Assembly (NCBI GenBank): GCA_964396715.1
Contig: CAYNFQ010000003.1
Coordinates: 565-64,564 of the forward strand
DNA: 64,000 nt
Source: an uncultured Gammaproteobacteria bacterium
GTDB taxonomy: Bacteria; Patescibacteriota; Microgenomatia; Daviesbacterales; UBA10151
Direction of reading: 5' to 3'
Shown: positions 46,691 through 57,908 of the stretch, in pieces
Position numbering within the stretch: the first letter of the stretch is position 1
How the letters are laid out: the number at the start of each line of letters is the position of its first letter
Made by a program: the position numbers and the translations under genes
Notes under the pieces: model-generated
Database searches by the model: none
What the model was told of the DNA's origin: nothing
What the model saw: only the letters and a program-made list of their open reading frames with translations

Positions 46691-46975
46691 TTATTTTACC
46701 CTATCTAGGTAATAAATACCAGCCCTTAAGCTGGTAACAAATGTAAATATACAATAATTTCTGTAATTATGCAAGAGGTGAATTAAAGGTTCTTAGGATT
46801 ACCCGGTACAGGTACAGAAGTTCCTGGTTTAGGAGGTTCCCCAGGTCTAATCTCCCTTGATATCTCTGTCTTAGAACCAGTATCTGCAGAGGTGTTAACC
46901 AAACCAGTAAGTCCAAGACCTGCTAGTGCTAAGCCTACCCTTGCTCTAAAACTTAACTTTTTAGATTTTTCAGGA

Positions 46976-47004
46976 TTCCCACTTCCACATTCCCACTTCC
47001 ACCT
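46976..47004. repeat. (TTCCCAC)x4 degenerate heptamer array, intergenic
   Basis: Seen directly. Confidence 0.75.
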
Positions 47005-47149
47005 TCAATATTCTCTCCCATATAGTTGATTATACCATATGCGAAGGTTGGAGCAAACCGAGGATATTATCGTACCATTTGGGTGTGCGATCGTACACTT
47101 ATTGAACAAACTATATCAATTTTATCTCATTTTGAATGCACAAACAAAA

Positions 47150-47190
47150 CGTCAACCTTCGGTTGAAGGGTTTGGTAATTTAAGGTAACT
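47150..47190 (-). terminator. Hairpin tcaacc-gaa-ggttga followed by a T-rich tract on the minus strand, downstream of ORF 47232..48092
   Basis: Seen directly. Confidence 0.35.
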
Positions 47191-47231
47191 TCTCACTTTG
47201 TTCGAAGAATAAAAAGTGTGAAGAAAATTAT

Positions 47232-48092
47232 TTATGGAGCAAGGCGGTTGAGGATTCTACCCAAAAGAGAATCTGTGCTTTGAACCACCTGACCATTTTC
47301 CGCTGAGACAAAAGCCTCAACATCTGTTTTAACCGGAATAAAACCTAACAGTTTATGGGTTTTAGTCCCTTTAACTTTATAACCCAATACCCCGTTTGCT
47401 GTTTCCAGCTTAACCAAATCCGGCACGCTGGCCAAACTATTGTCTGCTTTCTCGCTCACCACATCATCCATTACATGTGCGGCCAGCATATTATCAACTG
47501 CTTTTTGCGGCAAAACAGCCACAACTTTGATACCTGCCGGAGTAGTCACGGTTAATTGCCTGGTTGTTGGATCAACAGAAAGGGGGAAATTTGACAAAGC
47601 CCCCACTCTTTTGTTGATCAAAGCTATTTGACCCGGGGCTGTGGCTATTTTAACATCTTCTTTTTCCAGCTCATTTTCCACTTCCTCAACTGCTTCATTT
47701 TCTGCTTCATCCTCCAATTCTACCTCATCCTCAGCTTCTTTCACCTTAGTTTCTATCTTAACTTTACCATTTTCTATTTCATATTTAATCCTTAAATTCC
47801 CCTCTCTTATTTCACTTTTAATTTTCTCTGGGGTAGTTTTAGTTTCCACTCTGGAATTTTCTTTTCCTGCTTTAGTTTCCACTTTAACTGCATCAGAGGA
47901 AGAATCATCCCCACCTTTGGCCAAAGACACTCCGGCCACATCTGATTTTCCATCATTATAGTGCCTGGAAATGGGGATCATTGAGGAAACAACCAGCATA
48001 GCTGATAAACCCAAAACTAAAGTTAGCAGGTGAGTAAAACCACGTTCATGTGAACTGAATGTGGCAAAACCTTCTTCTTTTTTAGAGGACAT
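47232..48092 (-). CDS. Hypothetical secreted or membrane-anchored protein with an acidic low-complexity region
   Basis: N-terminal TM/signal segment; E-rich repeat block. Confidence 0.3.
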   Translation of the reverse strand: MSSKKEEGFATFSSHERGFTHLLTLVLGLSAMLVVSSMIPISRHYNDGKSDVAGVSLAKGGDDSSSDAVKVETKAGKENSRVETKTTPEKIKSEIREGNLRIKYEIENGKVKIETKVKEAEDEVELEDEAENEAVEEVENELEKEDVKIATAPGQIALINKRVGALSNFPLSVDPTTRQLTVTTPAGIKVVAVLPQKAVDNMLAAHVMDDVVSEKADNSLASVPDLVKLETANGVLGYKVKGTKTHKLLGFIPVKTDVEAFVSAENGQVVQSTDSLLGRILNRLAP

Positions 48093-48196
48093 AAACTCAG
48101 CTTAAAGCAAGTTCGTGACTTTGTCAAATTTAATGCTCCACCCTACCTGTAAATCCTGAGGCTTCAATTATTTTGGCAGTGATTTGAGGATTTAAT

Positions 48197-48748
48197 TTAT
48201 TTTTTCGCTTTAATAAAGGGTAAGAAATCTTCTCTTTTCAAAAGTCTTGATTCTGAACAATTGGCTATCATAGCCAGAGATGGCTTATGAGAAAAACCAA
48301 TATATTCCACAGTTTTACCTTTTTCCCTGGCTTTTTTAATTGCCGGCAAAAGATCTGTATCGGAAGAAACCAAAATAATGTGGTCACATAAATCTTCATA
48401 GGTGGCAACTAGCATATCTACGGCCATATTCACATCCACACCTTTTTCATGAAATTTACCATCAGATTTTAACAGATATCCAAGAGAGTATCTAAAACCG
48501 TTTTTCTTAAGATGGGCCAATAACTTTCGCTGATCTTTATACATTTTGAAAGAGCGTTTAGAACCATCTGTCCTGACTACTCCTACATAGTATATTGCTC
48601 CAACAATTTCCTTCTTACCAGACACCATTTTTGCAAAACCAGAGAAATTAAAGTTAAGTAAGTTGTGCAATTCTAAATCCTTCAACTTAAAGTAGAAATT
48701 ACTACCATCAATAAGAATTACACAACGCTGTTTTTTCATAAAATCCAT
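48197..48748 (-). CDS. NYN-domain (LabA/DUF88-like) protein, putative RNase
   Basis: CVILIDGSNFYF...ILVSSDTDLLPAIKKA matches the PIN-like NYN/LabA signature. Confidence 0.5.
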   Translation of the reverse strand: MDFMKKQRCVILIDGSNFYFKLKDLELHNLLNFNFSGFAKMVSGKKEIVGAIYYVGVVRTDGSKRSFKMYKDQRKLLAHLKKNGFRYSLGYLLKSDGKFHEKGVDVNMAVDMLVATYEDLCDHIILVSSDTDLLPAIKKAREKGKTVEYIGFSHKPSLAMIANCSESRLLKREDFLPFIKAKK

Positions 48749-48850
48749 TATACAGCGTTTTGCTCAAAAAAATCCTGCGAAGACCTTTCGGTGTCGCAGG
48801 AGATTTAAGAATTATATATTAACACATTTATACGGATTTTGTCAAAACTT

Positions 48851-50995
48851 TTAATGTTCAACTCTGCCTGTAAATCCTGAGGCTTCGATGATCTTTTGGG
48901 TAATTTGGGCTGGTACCGGCTCATAGTGATCTGCTTCCATATAATAGGTGGCTCTGCCTTGGGACATGGACCTGATAGCTGTTGCATAACCATGCATCTC
49001 AGCTAGTGGTACTAATGCTATGACTACCCTGGCATTGCCACGAGACTCAGAAGATAAAATCTGCGCCCGCTTTGCGGATAAATCACCAATAATCTCCCCC
49101 AAAAACTCCTCCGGTGTGGTCACCTCCACCTTCATGATTGGTTCCAGTAAAATCATGTCCGCTTTTTTAGCAGCCTCTGAAAGTCCTAAAGAAGCGGCAA
49201 TTTTAAAGGCTATTTCAGATGAATCTACATCATGAAAAGATCCGTCATAAACAGTCACCTTAATATCAGTCACCGGGAAACCTGCTAAAATTCCGGTGTC
49301 TTCTTTCTCAATCACACCTTTCTCAATTGGCGGAATAAACTCTCTGGGAATTGCTCCGCCCACAATCTCTGAGACAAATTCCCTCCCTTGTCCGCGGGGC
49401 AAAGGCTCAATTCGGAGTAAACAGTGGCCATACTGTCCCCTGCCTCCGGTCTGACGGATATATTTACCTTCACCTTCTGCCATTTTTTGGATGGTTTCTT
49501 TATAAGCCACCTGGGGTTGTCCCACATTAGCCTCTACCTTAAATTCTCTTTTCATCCTGTCTACCAGAATCTCCAGCTGCAGCTCACCCATGCCGGCAAT
49601 AATAGTCTGCCCTGTTTCCGGATCTGATTTGACTCTGAAGGTGGGATCCTCTTCGGCTAATCTGTTTAAGGCATAACCCAGCTTTTCCTGATCACTCTTT
49701 GTTTTAGGCTCAATTGCTAAAGAAATCACCGGATCGGGAAAGGTGATTGATTCCAAAATAATCGGTGCAGTTTCATCACAAAGCGTATCTCCGGTGATGG
49801 TATCTTTTAATCCCACAGCAGCTACAATTTCTCCGGCAAATGCCTCATCAATTTCCTCCCGGTCGTTGGCATGCATTAACAAAAGTCTGCCTACCCGCTC
49901 TTTAATCTGTTTGGTGGAATTATAAACATAGGTACCACTCTTTAATGTGCCAGAATATACCCGAATATAGGTTAATTTTCCTACGTGCGGATCCACCTGA
50001 ATTTTAAAAGCTAAAGCAGAAAGCGGGGCTTGTGGGTCTGCTTTTCTGACCTCTTCTTGCTGGGTTTGGGGGCTAATGCCGGTTATTTCATTAATATCTT
50101 GGGGGGAAGGCAGATATTCCACCACTGAGTCAAGCATCAATTGCACCCCTTTATTTCTTAAAGAAGATCCTGCCAAACATGGCACAATTTTATTATCAAT
50201 GACCGCTTTTCTCAGGGCCTTTTTCAACTCCTCAACAGAAATTTCTTGTCCTCCCAAATACTTCTCCATTAAGACATCATCTGTCCCGGCAATTTCCTCC
50301 ACCAATTTCTCCCTATACTTTTCCACATCCTCTTTCATTTCAGCCGGGATTTCCACTGCATTAAACTTAGCGCCGGTTTCATCACCTTCCCAGATATAGG
50401 CTTTTTTACTCAGCAAATCCACCACTCCGCTAAATTGGTTCTCCTTACCAATTGGCAAGTTATAGGCAAGAGCATTGGCTCCTAATCTGTCTCTGGCTGA
50501 GAGGATGGTACCATGAAAATCAGCTCCCACCACATCCATTTTGTTGGAAAAAGCAATTAAGGGCACTTTATATTTATTGGCCTGTCTCCAGACAGTTTCG
50601 GTCTGGGACTGCACGCCCGAGGATGAATCCAACACAATCACTCCTCCGTCTAAAACCCTCAGTGATCTTTCCACCTCGGCTGTAAAATCAACATGACCGG
50701 GAGTATCAATCAAATTGATTCTCACTTCCTGATCTTTAAATAGATTATCATCTCGCCTGCATGTCCAAAAAGTGGTGATGGCTGCCGAAACAATAGTGAT
50801 GCCACGCTCTCTTTCCTGCTCCATCCAGTCAGTGACGGTGGTACCCTCATCAATATTGCCGATCTTATATGATCTGCCTGTATAAAACAGGATCCTTTCC
50901 GTGGTGGTGGTTTTCCCGGCATCAATATGGGCAATAATGCCGATATTTCTGATTCTATCTAAGGGAAAATCTCTTTTGGTTTTAGTTACTGGCAT
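48851..50995 (-). CDS. fusA: Elongation factor G
   Basis: [30 protein letters not shown], domains II-V. Confidence 0.95.
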   Translation of the reverse strand: MPVTKTKRDFPLDRIRNIGIIAHIDAGKTTTTERILFYTGRSYKIGNIDEGTTVTDWMEQERERGITIVSAAITTFWTCRRDDNLFKDQEVRINLIDTPGHVDFTAEVERSLRVLDGGVIVLDSSSGVQSQTETVWRQANKYKVPLIAFSNKMDVVGADFHGTILSARDRLGANALAYNLPIGKENQFSGVVDLLSKKAYIWEGDETGAKFNAVEIPAEMKEDVEKYREKLVEEIAGTDDVLMEKYLGGQEISVEELKKALRKAVIDNKIVPCLAGSSLRNKGVQLMLDSVVEYLPSPQDINEITGISPQTQQEEVRKADPQAPLSALAFKIQVDPHVGKLTYIRVYSGTLKSGTYVYNSTKQIKERVGRLLLMHANDREEIDEAFAGEIVAAVGLKDTITGDTLCDETAPIILESITFPDPVISLAIEPKTKSDQEKLGYALNRLAEEDPTFRVKSDPETGQTIIAGMGELQLEILVDRMKREFKVEANVGQPQVAYKETIQKMAEGEGKYIRQTGGRGQYGHCLLRIEPLPRGQGREFVSEIVGGAIPREFIPPIEKGVIEKEDTGILAGFPVTDIKVTVYDGSFHDVDSSEIAFKIAASLGLSEAAKKADMILLEPIMKVEVTTPEEFLGEIIGDLSAKRAQILSSESRGNARVVIALVPLAEMHGYATAIRSMSQGRATYYMEADHYEPVPAQITQKIIEASGFTGRVEH

Positions 50996-51013
50996 ATATT
51001 ACAAACTCCTCCC

Positions 51014-51082
51014 AAATGTAGAATGTATAATGTAAAATGTATAATTGTTTTTTCATTGTAAATTATACATTGTAAATTGTTA
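51014..51082. repeat. (AATGTAN)x4 and (ATTGTAA)-type units in the fusA upstream region
   Basis: Seen directly. Confidence 0.75.
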
Positions 51083-51304
51083 ATTCTGACCTTCTAGGTC
51101 AGCTATTATCTTTTTCACCTGATTAATCTGTACCCTGATTGTTTCTGCATCCTCTATTGCCATGGTGTAGGCAGCATTTTCCGATAAATCACCTTCTTGG
51201 GCAGCCTGACCTTTTTTAATCAGGATTTCTGCCAGCTGTTTTTCCAGATCAGCCAGATTTTCTCTCCACATTTTCAATTTTTCCTGTCGTAACTTTTTGT
51301 CCAT
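51080..51304 (-). CDS. GreA/GreB N-terminal coiled-coil domain protein (74 aa, lacks the C-terminal FKBP-like domain)
   Basis: GDLSENAAYTMAIEDAETIRVQINQVKKIIADLE matches the GreA N-domain (GDLKENAEY...EGRI..LE). Confidence 0.45.
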   Translation of the reverse strand: MDKKLRQEKLKMWRENLADLEKQLAEILIKKGQAAQEGDLSENAAYTMAIEDAETIRVQINQVKKIIADLEGQN

Positions 51305-51389
51305 TGTTGTAATTGTACCCCAATTAAAAAGAAAGCCCCCTCAAACTTCAGGAGGCCATTGTTAATATTAAAGATTTTGATCCTAAAAG

Positions 51390-51929
51390 TCAAATGTTAG
51401 CTAACTGATAAACCCAGCCTGGTTGCCATTTAAAGGGGACTGTTACTAATTCTTTGAGAGATTTTCCATTTATCCAGTGCTCCAATCCATATTGAGTAGC
51501 TCTATGCCCAATTATTAATACACTTATGCTACGACCGTGATATAAATGTAGGTAATCTAAAAAACTTTTCATTCTTTTTAAACAATCCTCATATGATTCC
51601 CCATTTGGAAAAGGGATAGATATATGCTTCACTTTAACTGGATCAACTTCATCTGATGGATATTGAGTTAAATCCCCATAATCACATTCTCTTAATCTTT
51701 TGTCTTTAATAATTGGAATTTTGTTTCCAAAAGCAATCTCTGCAGTTTTATATGATCTTTGTAAATCAGAAACAAAGATTACATCAAATTCTTGATCTTT
51801 GTATCTTCCACCAAGCTCTTTTGCTTGTTGTTCACCAAGTGGTGAAAGTGCTACATCAAAATGTCCAGAAAAAAGATGTTTCTCATTATCAAAACTTGTG
51901 GCATGAGCTTCAAAAATTATGATCACCAT
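51390..51929 (-). CDS. Histidine-phosphatase-superfamily (PGAM-like) protein with a non-canonical first motif (EAHAT instead of RHGE)
   Basis: IFEAHATSFDN...SDLQRSYKTAEI...IGHRATQ. Confidence 0.45.
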   Translation of the reverse strand: MVIIIFEAHATSFDNEKHLFSGHFDVALSPLGEQQAKELGGRYKDQEFDVIFVSDLQRSYKTAEIAFGNKIPIIKDKRLRECDYGDLTQYPSDEVDPVKVKHISIPFPNGESYEDCLKRMKSFLDYLHLYHGRSISVLIIGHRATQYGLEHWINGKSLKELVTVPFKWQPGWVYQLANI

Positions 51930-51933
51930 GAGG

Positions 51934-52410
51934 TTATCTAGCAGAACTTTCTTCTACTGTCACTGTCACTTCTAGAGGTATTTCTGCAACTATCTTGAGT
52001 AGTTTTTGTCCTTCTTCTTTAATACTTACTTGAAAAATATAGTCTCCACTACCTTGTACTTTAATTCCTGAAATTTTAACTCTAGTTCTCATTCTTTTTG
52101 TACCTGCTGGAATGACTATTTCTTTAATATCTTTATTAATTTCTTCTCCTTTATGATTAATTAGTGCTAGTTCTTGTTCAAACTTTACTTCTTCCTCTTT
52201 TTTATTATCTCTAGTATAGAAACTTACCATTTCATAGTTTATTGGTACTATAGCTTCTAGTTTTTGATCCTTATTTTGAATATTTGTTGGCTTAAGATTA
52301 ACTTGTAATGCTTCTAGGACATTAACAATACTTAAATTGTTATCATCCTGGTTAATTATGCTTTCTTTACATAGTACAGACCAAATATGCTTAATCATGC
52401 TATTACCCAT
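51934..52410 (-). CDS. Hypothetical protein
   Basis: ORF track only. Confidence 0.25.
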   Translation of the reverse strand: MGNSMIKHIWSVLCKESIINQDDNNLSIVNVLEALQVNLKPTNIQNKDQKLEAIVPINYEMVSFYTRDNKKEEEVKFEQELALINHKGEEINKDIKEIVIPAGTKRMRTRVKISGIKVQGSGDYIFQVSIKEEGQKLLKIVAEIPLEVTVTVEESSAR

Positions 52411-52814
52411 CTTATGTCACTATAATCTTCACCAGGTGGATATTGAACCGAAATCTTGCTAACTGGTAATTCTCCCATTTGTTTTAATTCCTCGCTGCTT
52501 GCAGAGAATGCGTGGGTTTCAAAATAGTGGTGCTGCATAGATAAACTACTTTCAGGAGAAGTAATTATTTTATGAATATTATCTAATTCGTACTGAGAAA
52601 AATTAGAAAATTCACCTTCTCTCAATCGCTTTATGTCTTTTAAACTTAAACTAAGCTTCTCTGCTAATTCTTTATCACTATCATTGTTAGCGTCAATTAA
52701 TTCTTGTAGTTTAATAGATATATCGAGCGCACGGTCAGCTCTTTCAAATCTTTCTTTAAATTCTTTATCTTTAAGCTGTTTTTCCAAATCTCTATCGAAA
52801 CTACCTTTTGACAT
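52395..52814 (-). CDS. HigA-like HTH antitoxin (XRE family)
   Basis: N-terminal LKDKEFKERFERA and the helix-turn-helix region DKELAEKLSLSLKDIKRLREGE; overlaps the upstream toxin gene. Confidence 0.4.
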   Translation of the reverse strand: MSKGSFDRDLEKQLKDKEFKERFERADRALDISIKLQELIDANNDSDKELAEKLSLSLKDIKRLREGEFSNFSQYELDNIHKIITSPESSLSMQHHYFETHAFSASSEELKQMGELPVSKISVQYPPGEDYSDIRWVIA

Positions 52815-53166
52815 ATTTCCTTCTTTCTTTAAATGCCTTTAGCAATTTTTTAGCATATTTTAAATCATCCTTACGTAATTTATTATACTGTTTCCTAATT
52901 CCTCCAAGCAACCATATATCTCTCTTTTCTCCAAAAGTCCAAAAAACTCTTACGATATCTCTATCATATCTAGCTCGAATTGCGTATAAATCATCATCTA
53001 TATGTTCTGTCAAAGCTTTTCCATGATTAGATCTATTCCGAACTCTATTTATTTTAACCTTAAGTTGAGCAACAAGATCTGGATGAATTTTTTCAAGCTC
53101 ATCTAGAAAATATTTTACCTCTTGTTTTCCATTCTCGTCTGTTTCGTACTCGATTTTAAATTCCAT
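52801..53166 (-). CDS. HigB-like toxin (Gp49/RelE superfamily)
   Basis: YFLDELEKIHPDLVAQLKVKINRVRNRSNHGKALTEHIDDDLYAIRARYDRDIVRVFWTFGEKRDIWLLGGIRK is collinear with the Gp49-like HigB family. Confidence 0.55.
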   Translation of the reverse strand: MEFKIEYETDENGKQEVKYFLDELEKIHPDLVAQLKVKINRVRNRSNHGKALTEHIDDDLYAIRARYDRDIVRVFWTFGEKRDIWLLGGIRKQYNKLRKDDLKYAKKLLKAFKERRKYVKR

Positions 53167-53244
53167 TCCATTGATAGTCCTTAGTATAAATTCTAAAGTA
53201 TCTGTATTTTATCACAACAACAGATAAAAAGATGGGGGTTGACT

Positions 53245-53721
53245 CTACCATCTAAAATGGGCGAAGGCACGGTTTGCATTTGCTGCTTTTTGCATGTCAT
53301 CACGCTTCTTTATAGCTGCACCTGTACCATTGGCTGTATCTATTAACTCAGCTGCTAATTTTTGGGCAAAAGAGTGAAACTGGGAATTTGATCTCATCTT
53401 TGCAGCAGCAATTATCCATCTGATGGATAAAGCTTCTTTCCGATCTCCCCTTACCTCCACCGGAACCTGGTATGATGCTCCTCCCACCCTTCTTGGCCGA
53501 ACCTCCATTTTGGGGGAAACGCTTTGGATAGCTTTTTCAAAAACAGACAGCGGATCTTGCTTTGTCTGCTCTTTTATGACCTCAAGCGCCTTGTAAACCA
53601 ACTTTTGAGCCGTGCTTTTTTTACCGTCACTCATGATTTTATTGATAAAACGGGTGAGTAACCTTGATCCATAAATTGGATCCAGCGGGAGCAATCTGTC
53701 AATAGCTTTTCTGCTTCTCAT
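53245..53721 (-). CDS. rpsG: 30S ribosomal protein S7
   Basis: MRSRKAIDRLLPLDPIYGSRLL..., S7 fold. Confidence 0.9.
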   Translation of the reverse strand: MRSRKAIDRLLPLDPIYGSRLLTRFINKIMSDGKKSTAQKLVYKALEVIKEQTKQDPLSVFEKAIQSVSPKMEVRPRRVGGASYQVPVEVRGDRKEALSIRWIIAAAKMRSNSQFHSFAQKLAAELIDTANGTGAAIKKRDDMQKAANANRAFAHFRW

Positions 53722-53724
53722 AAG

Positions 53725-54207
53725 TTAGGCTGCTCCCCCTGCAGGTGCTGCTGGTGCGGCAGGTACAGTAGCAGGCGCTGTTCTTGGAACAGGACCTGCT
53801 CCTCCTGCTTTAGCACCATATTTTGATCGTCCCTGTTTTCTGCCTGCCACTCCAGCCAGATCAAGTTTGCCTCTGACTAAATGATACTTCACACCTGGTA
53901 AATCTTTGACCCTGCCGCCCCGGACCAAAACAATCCCGTGCTCGGCCAGCGAGTGTCCCTCGCCCTGTATATATGCTGTCACCTCGGCCCTGTTGGAGAG
54001 CCTGACCCTGGCTACCTTTCTCAGTGCTGAATTCGGCTTTTTGGGAGTCATCGTTTTAACCAGCGTCACCACCCCCCGCTTTTGCGGGCTGAAATCCTGG
54101 GTATATCTTCTATCCTTGGCATTAAAAGAACGCCTTAAGGCAGTCGCCTTAATTTTTTTCACTATCTTTTTTCTGCCATGTCTGACCAGTTGGTTAATTG
54201 TAGGCAT
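53725..54207 (-). CDS. rpsL: 30S ribosomal protein S12 with a 30-aa Ala/Pro-rich C-terminal extension
   Basis: [14 protein letters not shown]...[13 protein letters not shown]; the tail [29 protein letters not shown] is encoded by a GC-rich stretch. Confidence 0.9.
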   Translation of the reverse strand: MPTINQLVRHGRKKIVKKIKATALRRSFNAKDRRYTQDFSPQKRGVVTLVKTMTPKKPNSALRKVARVRLSNRAEVTAYIQGEGHSLAEHGIVLVRGGRVKDLPGVKYHLVRGKLDLAGVAGRKQGRSKYGAKAGGAGPVPRTAPATVPAAPAAPAGGAA

Positions 54208-54212
54208 TACGA

Positions 54213-57200
54213 TTATCCTTCTACTCTTGCTCTCTCCTCAGAAGTGGGGATCAGCCTGCCAATTATAACATTTTCCTTAAGTCCGATCAGCTTATCCACT
54301 TTGCCGGAAATTGCGGCATCGGAAAGAATTGAGGTTGTTTCCTGGAACGAAGCAGCGGATAAGAAGCTTTCTGTCTGCAAGGACGAGCGGGTTATTCCCA
54401 AAATTATCACCTCTGCTGTGGCCGGTTCGCCGCCACTAGCCAGCACCCTTTTATTTTCTTCTTCAAATCTGAGCTGGTCAATAATCTCTCCGGGTAAAAG
54501 ATTGGTATCACCCTGGGATGCCACCCTGACCTTATCAGACATTTTTCTGACAATTACCTCAAAATGCTTTTCGTTAATCGGCACACCCTGAGATTCATAA
54601 ACCGCGCGAACCGCATCCACAATATATCTTTGGGCAGCCCTAAGTCCCTGAACCCTTAAAATTTCTTTGACGTCAATGTGCCCTGAGGCCAACACAGTAC
54701 CTGCATCAATTAACTGCCCCTCTTCCACCAAAAGCTGGGCTGAAACAGGGATAATATACTCTCTTTCTTCGTGTGGTTTTTGGGTAGTCCGAACTCTGAC
54801 TCTGGTACCTAATTCTCCTGCCAAAACAGCAACTTTTCCGGCAATCTCAGACATCGGGGCAACAATCTTAGGTGTCCTTGTTTCAAAAAGTTCCTCAACC
54901 CTGGGCAGACCCTGGGTAATATCCAGACCGACAATTCCTCCTGTATGGAATGTACGCATAGTCAGTTGGGTTCCAGGCTCACCAATAGCCTGGGCTGCCA
55001 CCACCCCAACAGGCGTACCGATTTTCACCAAGTTTCTGGTGGTTAAATCAAATCCGTAACATGTTCTGCAGATGCCAAATTTTGCCTCACAGGTTAAAGG
55101 TGATCTGGCAGAAACTTTTAAAACAGCGCTTTTAAGAAGCTCCTGCACGATATCTTCTGTCACAATAGTGCCTGCTTTAACTAAAACTTTTCGCCCTTTT
55201 GGCTCCAGCACATTATCCAAAACCATCCTGCCCAGCAGCTTTTCTCTGGCTGAGGAGAAATTAGCCTTGGAAATATCATAATCTAATCCTGTCTTTGTCC
55301 CGCAATCTTCCATTCTGATGATGACATCATGAGCCACATCCACCAGTCTCCTGGTCAAATACCCCGCATCAGCAGTTTTTAAGGCTTTATCCGCCACCCC
55401 TTTTCTGGCACCCCGGGCTGAGGTAAAGTATTCAAATACCGAAAGACCCTGCCTGTAGTTGGATTTGGTGGGCAGTTCCACAATTTTTCCGGTCGGGTCT
55501 GTGGATAAACCTCGCATGGCAGATAACTGTTTGGCCTGGTCCCGCGACCCTCTGGCTCCCGCCTCAACCATCATCCTGATCGGGTTATCAGCTCCCATAT
55601 AATCCCAGGTGGCGTTTGCCAAATCCTCGGTTGTTTTAATCCAAACCATTTGCCCAAGCTGGGCTTTTTCCTGCGGAGTGATCAAACCTTTGACAACGTT
55701 CCTTTCAATCTTGCCAATTTCCGCTTCAGCCAAATCCAGATACTTTTGTTTATCCTCGACAATTTTGGCATCAAAGATGGAGATTGATATACCCGCAATC
55801 GTTGCGGCGTAAAAACCCACTGATTTGATCTTATCAATAATCTCCACCACCTCATCCTTGCCCAAAGTTTCCATGGCCCCAAGGATGATGTCACGGATGG
55901 TTAATCCCTTCACCACCGTGTTGAGAAATCTCATGTGCTCTGGTATTGCCTGGTTGAAAAAAATCCTGCCTACTGATGTTTCTAAAACTTCCCCATTGAT
56001 TTTAACCTTAATCTTCTGCTGAACATGCAGTTTACCCAATTGATAAGCCCTGATTGCATCTTCTTCGCAAGCAAATAATTTTATTTCATTTTTTGCCTCT
56101 GTTTGGGAAATAAGAGTTAAATAATAGCAACCCAAAGCCATTTCTCTGTTGGGAACGGTGATGGGTTGGGCGTTTGCCGGGCTGAAAATATTTTCCTTGG
56201 CCATCATCAAACTTTTTGCTTCTGCCTGCGCTTTGGCAGACAGCGGAACATGAACTGCCATCTGGTCTCCGTCAAAATCGGCATTGAACCCCGCGCAAAT
56301 GCAGGGGTGGATTTGGATGGCATTACCATCAACCAGCACCGGATAAAAAGCCTGAATACCTAAGCGGTGTAAAGTTGGGGCGCGGTTTATTAAAATCGGA
56401 TGCCCTTCAATAATCTCATCCAAAATATCCCAAACCTCAGGGGGCCGAAGTTCCAATACATTCTTTGCCCCCTTAACATTGGCTGACATGCCTCTGGCAA
56501 TCATTTCCCGCAAAACAAAAGGTTTGAACATCTCCAGAGCCATCTCTTTTGGCAATCCTACCTGATCCAACCTCAATTTTGGGCCAACCACAATCACCGA
56601 TCTGCCCGAATAATCTACCCTTTTACCCAACAGGTTCTGCCGAAACCTACCCTGTTTGCCTCTCAACATATCGGAAAGGGAACGCAGGATATGGGCTGTC
56701 ACCGGTCCACCCCGTCTGGAGGTTCGGGACGATGCATCAATCAGGGAGTCAACAGCTTCCTGAAGCATTCTCTTTTCATTGCGCAAAATTATCTCCGGCG
56801 CTCCCAGGTTGATCAGTCTGTTTAAACGGTTATTTCTGTTGATGACTCGTCTGTAAAGATCGTTTAGATCGGAAGTGGCAAATCTGCCTCCGGGCAGCTG
56901 AACCATGGGTCTTAAATCCGGAGGCAACACCGGTAAAACCCGCAAAATCAACCACTCCGGCAAAATTGATGCAGACCTCATCCCTTCCACAATCCGTAGT
57001 CTCTTGGTTGCCTTGATGTGTCTTTGTCCGCTGGATTTTCTGACTTCTTCCCTAAGGTTCGCCGACAGCTTATCCAAATCCAACTTTTGCAAAACCTCCA
57101 GTATTGCCTCAGCTCCCATCCCCAGGGTGGCAAAATCAGCAACTCCGTACTCTGCCAGTTTGTAATACTCCTCCTCTGATAAAAGTTTTAAAGGGGCAAC

Positions 57201-57905
57201 GCTTTTTACTAAATCCCCGACCACCTTATAAATATTTTCCAACTGTCCGACCTCCACCACCTGGTTATCCCGCAGTTTCTGGATCTCTGATCTGTTTCTA
57301 AGCTCCAGCTCCTGGGTCTCCAGCTCGAATTTTTCTTTTTCCGTCACCTTTTTTAATCCTGCCAGGTCTTTTTTGAGTTGAACTCCCAATCCTTTAATAT
57401 TTTTCTCCAAAGCCTCTTTGGACTCCTTAATCTTGATCTGCAGATCTTTTTCCAATTTTTCCAAAGCAGTACTTTTACCTGCAGAATCAATGTTGATGAC
57501 CAAATATGCGGCAAAATAAACAACTGCTTCCAGATTTTTAGGTGAAATGTCCAAAATTAAGGACAGTTTTGAAGGAGCACCTTTCACAAACCAGGAATGG
57601 GCAACCGGGGAAGCCAAATTAATGTGCCCCATCCTCTCACGGCGCACTTTTGATTGGGTCACTTCCACTCCGCACTTATCACAAATGACCCCCCGAAAGC
57701 GGATCCTTTTATATTTTCCGCAGTAGCATTCATAATCTTTGGTCGGGCCAAAGATGTTTTCCGAAAATAGCCCGTCTTTTTCAGCCTTCAGAGTCCTATA
57801 ATTGATAGTTTCGGGCTTTGTCACCTCGCCAAAAGACCAGGATCTGATCTGTTCTGCTGATGCAACGGTTAATTTTAAGCTTTCAAAATCTAAAAGATCA
57901 TTCAT
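54213..57905 (-). CDS. rpoC: DNA-directed RNA polymerase subunit beta-prime
   Basis: Zinc-finger [33 protein letters not shown] catalytic motif. Confidence 0.95.
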   Translation of the reverse strand: MNDLLDFESLKLTVASAEQIRSWSFGEVTKPETINYRTLKAEKDGLFSENIFGPTKDYECYCGKYKRIRFRGVICDKCGVEVTQSKVRRERMGHINLASPVAHSWFVKGAPSKLSLILDISPKNLEAVVYFAAYLVINIDSAGKSTALEKLEKDLQIKIKESKEALEKNIKGLGVQLKKDLAGLKKVTEKEKFELETQELELRNRSEIQKLRDNQVVEVGQLENIYKVVGDLVKSVAPLKLLSEEEYYKLAEYGVADFATLGMGAEAILEVLQKLDLDKLSANLREEVRKSSGQRHIKATKRLRIVEGMRSASILPEWLILRVLPVLPPDLRPMVQLPGGRFATSDLNDLYRRVINRNNRLNRLINLGAPEIILRNEKRMLQEAVDSLIDASSRTSRRGGPVTAHILRSLSDMLRGKQGRFRQNLLGKRVDYSGRSVIVVGPKLRLDQVGLPKEMALEMFKPFVLREMIARGMSANVKGAKNVLELRPPEVWDILDEIIEGHPILINRAPTLHRLGIQAFYPVLVDGNAIQIHPCICAGFNADFDGDQMAVHVPLSAKAQAEAKSLMMAKENIFSPANAQPITVPNREMALGCYYLTLISQTEAKNEIKLFACEEDAIRAYQLGKLHVQQKIKVKINGEVLETSVGRIFFNQAIPEHMRFLNTVVKGLTIRDIILGAMETLGKDEVVEIIDKIKSVGFYAATIAGISISIFDAKIVEDKQKYLDLAEAEIGKIERNVVKGLITPQEKAQLGQMVWIKTTEDLANATWDYMGADNPIRMMVEAGARGSRDQAKQLSAMRGLSTDPTGKIVELPTKSNYRQGLSVFEYFTSARGARKGVADKALKTADAGYLTRRLVDVAHDVIIRMEDCGTKTGLDYDISKANFSSAREKLLGRMVLDNVLEPKGRKVLVKAGTIVTEDIVQELLKSAVLKVSARSPLTCEAKFGICRTCYGFDLTTRNLVKIGTPVGVVAAQAIGEPGTQLTMRTFHTGGIVGLDITQGLPRVEELFETRTPKIVAPMSEIAGKVAVLAGELGTRVRVRTTQKPHEEREYIIPVSAQLLVEEGQLIDAGTVLASGHIDVKEILRVQGLRAAQRYIVDAVRAVYESQGVPINEKHFEVIVRKMSDKVRVASQGDTNLLPGEIIDQLRFEEENKRVLASGGEPATAEVIILGITRSSLQTESFLSAASFQETTSILSDAAISGKVDKLIGLKENVIIGRLIPTSEERARVEG

Positions 57906-57908
57906 AGG

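Noticed and set aside
46790-46960. Possible small secreted peptide (…LSFRARVGLALAGLGLTGLVNTSADTGSKTEISREIRPGEPPKPG…) on the minus strand upstream of tuf
   Set aside because: The open frame has no ATG/GTG start after the upstream stop, and the only in-frame ATG gives a 22-aa product.
54667-55059. Numerous 60-170-aa ORFs in the six-frame track lying antisense to or inside rpoC, rpoB, tuf, fusA, the surface protein and the r-protein genes (for example 45875..46387 +, 35714..36214 +, 58639..58971 +)
   Set aside because: They overlap strongly supported conserved genes on the other strand or frame, have low-complexity compositions and no motifs. They are treated as spurious.
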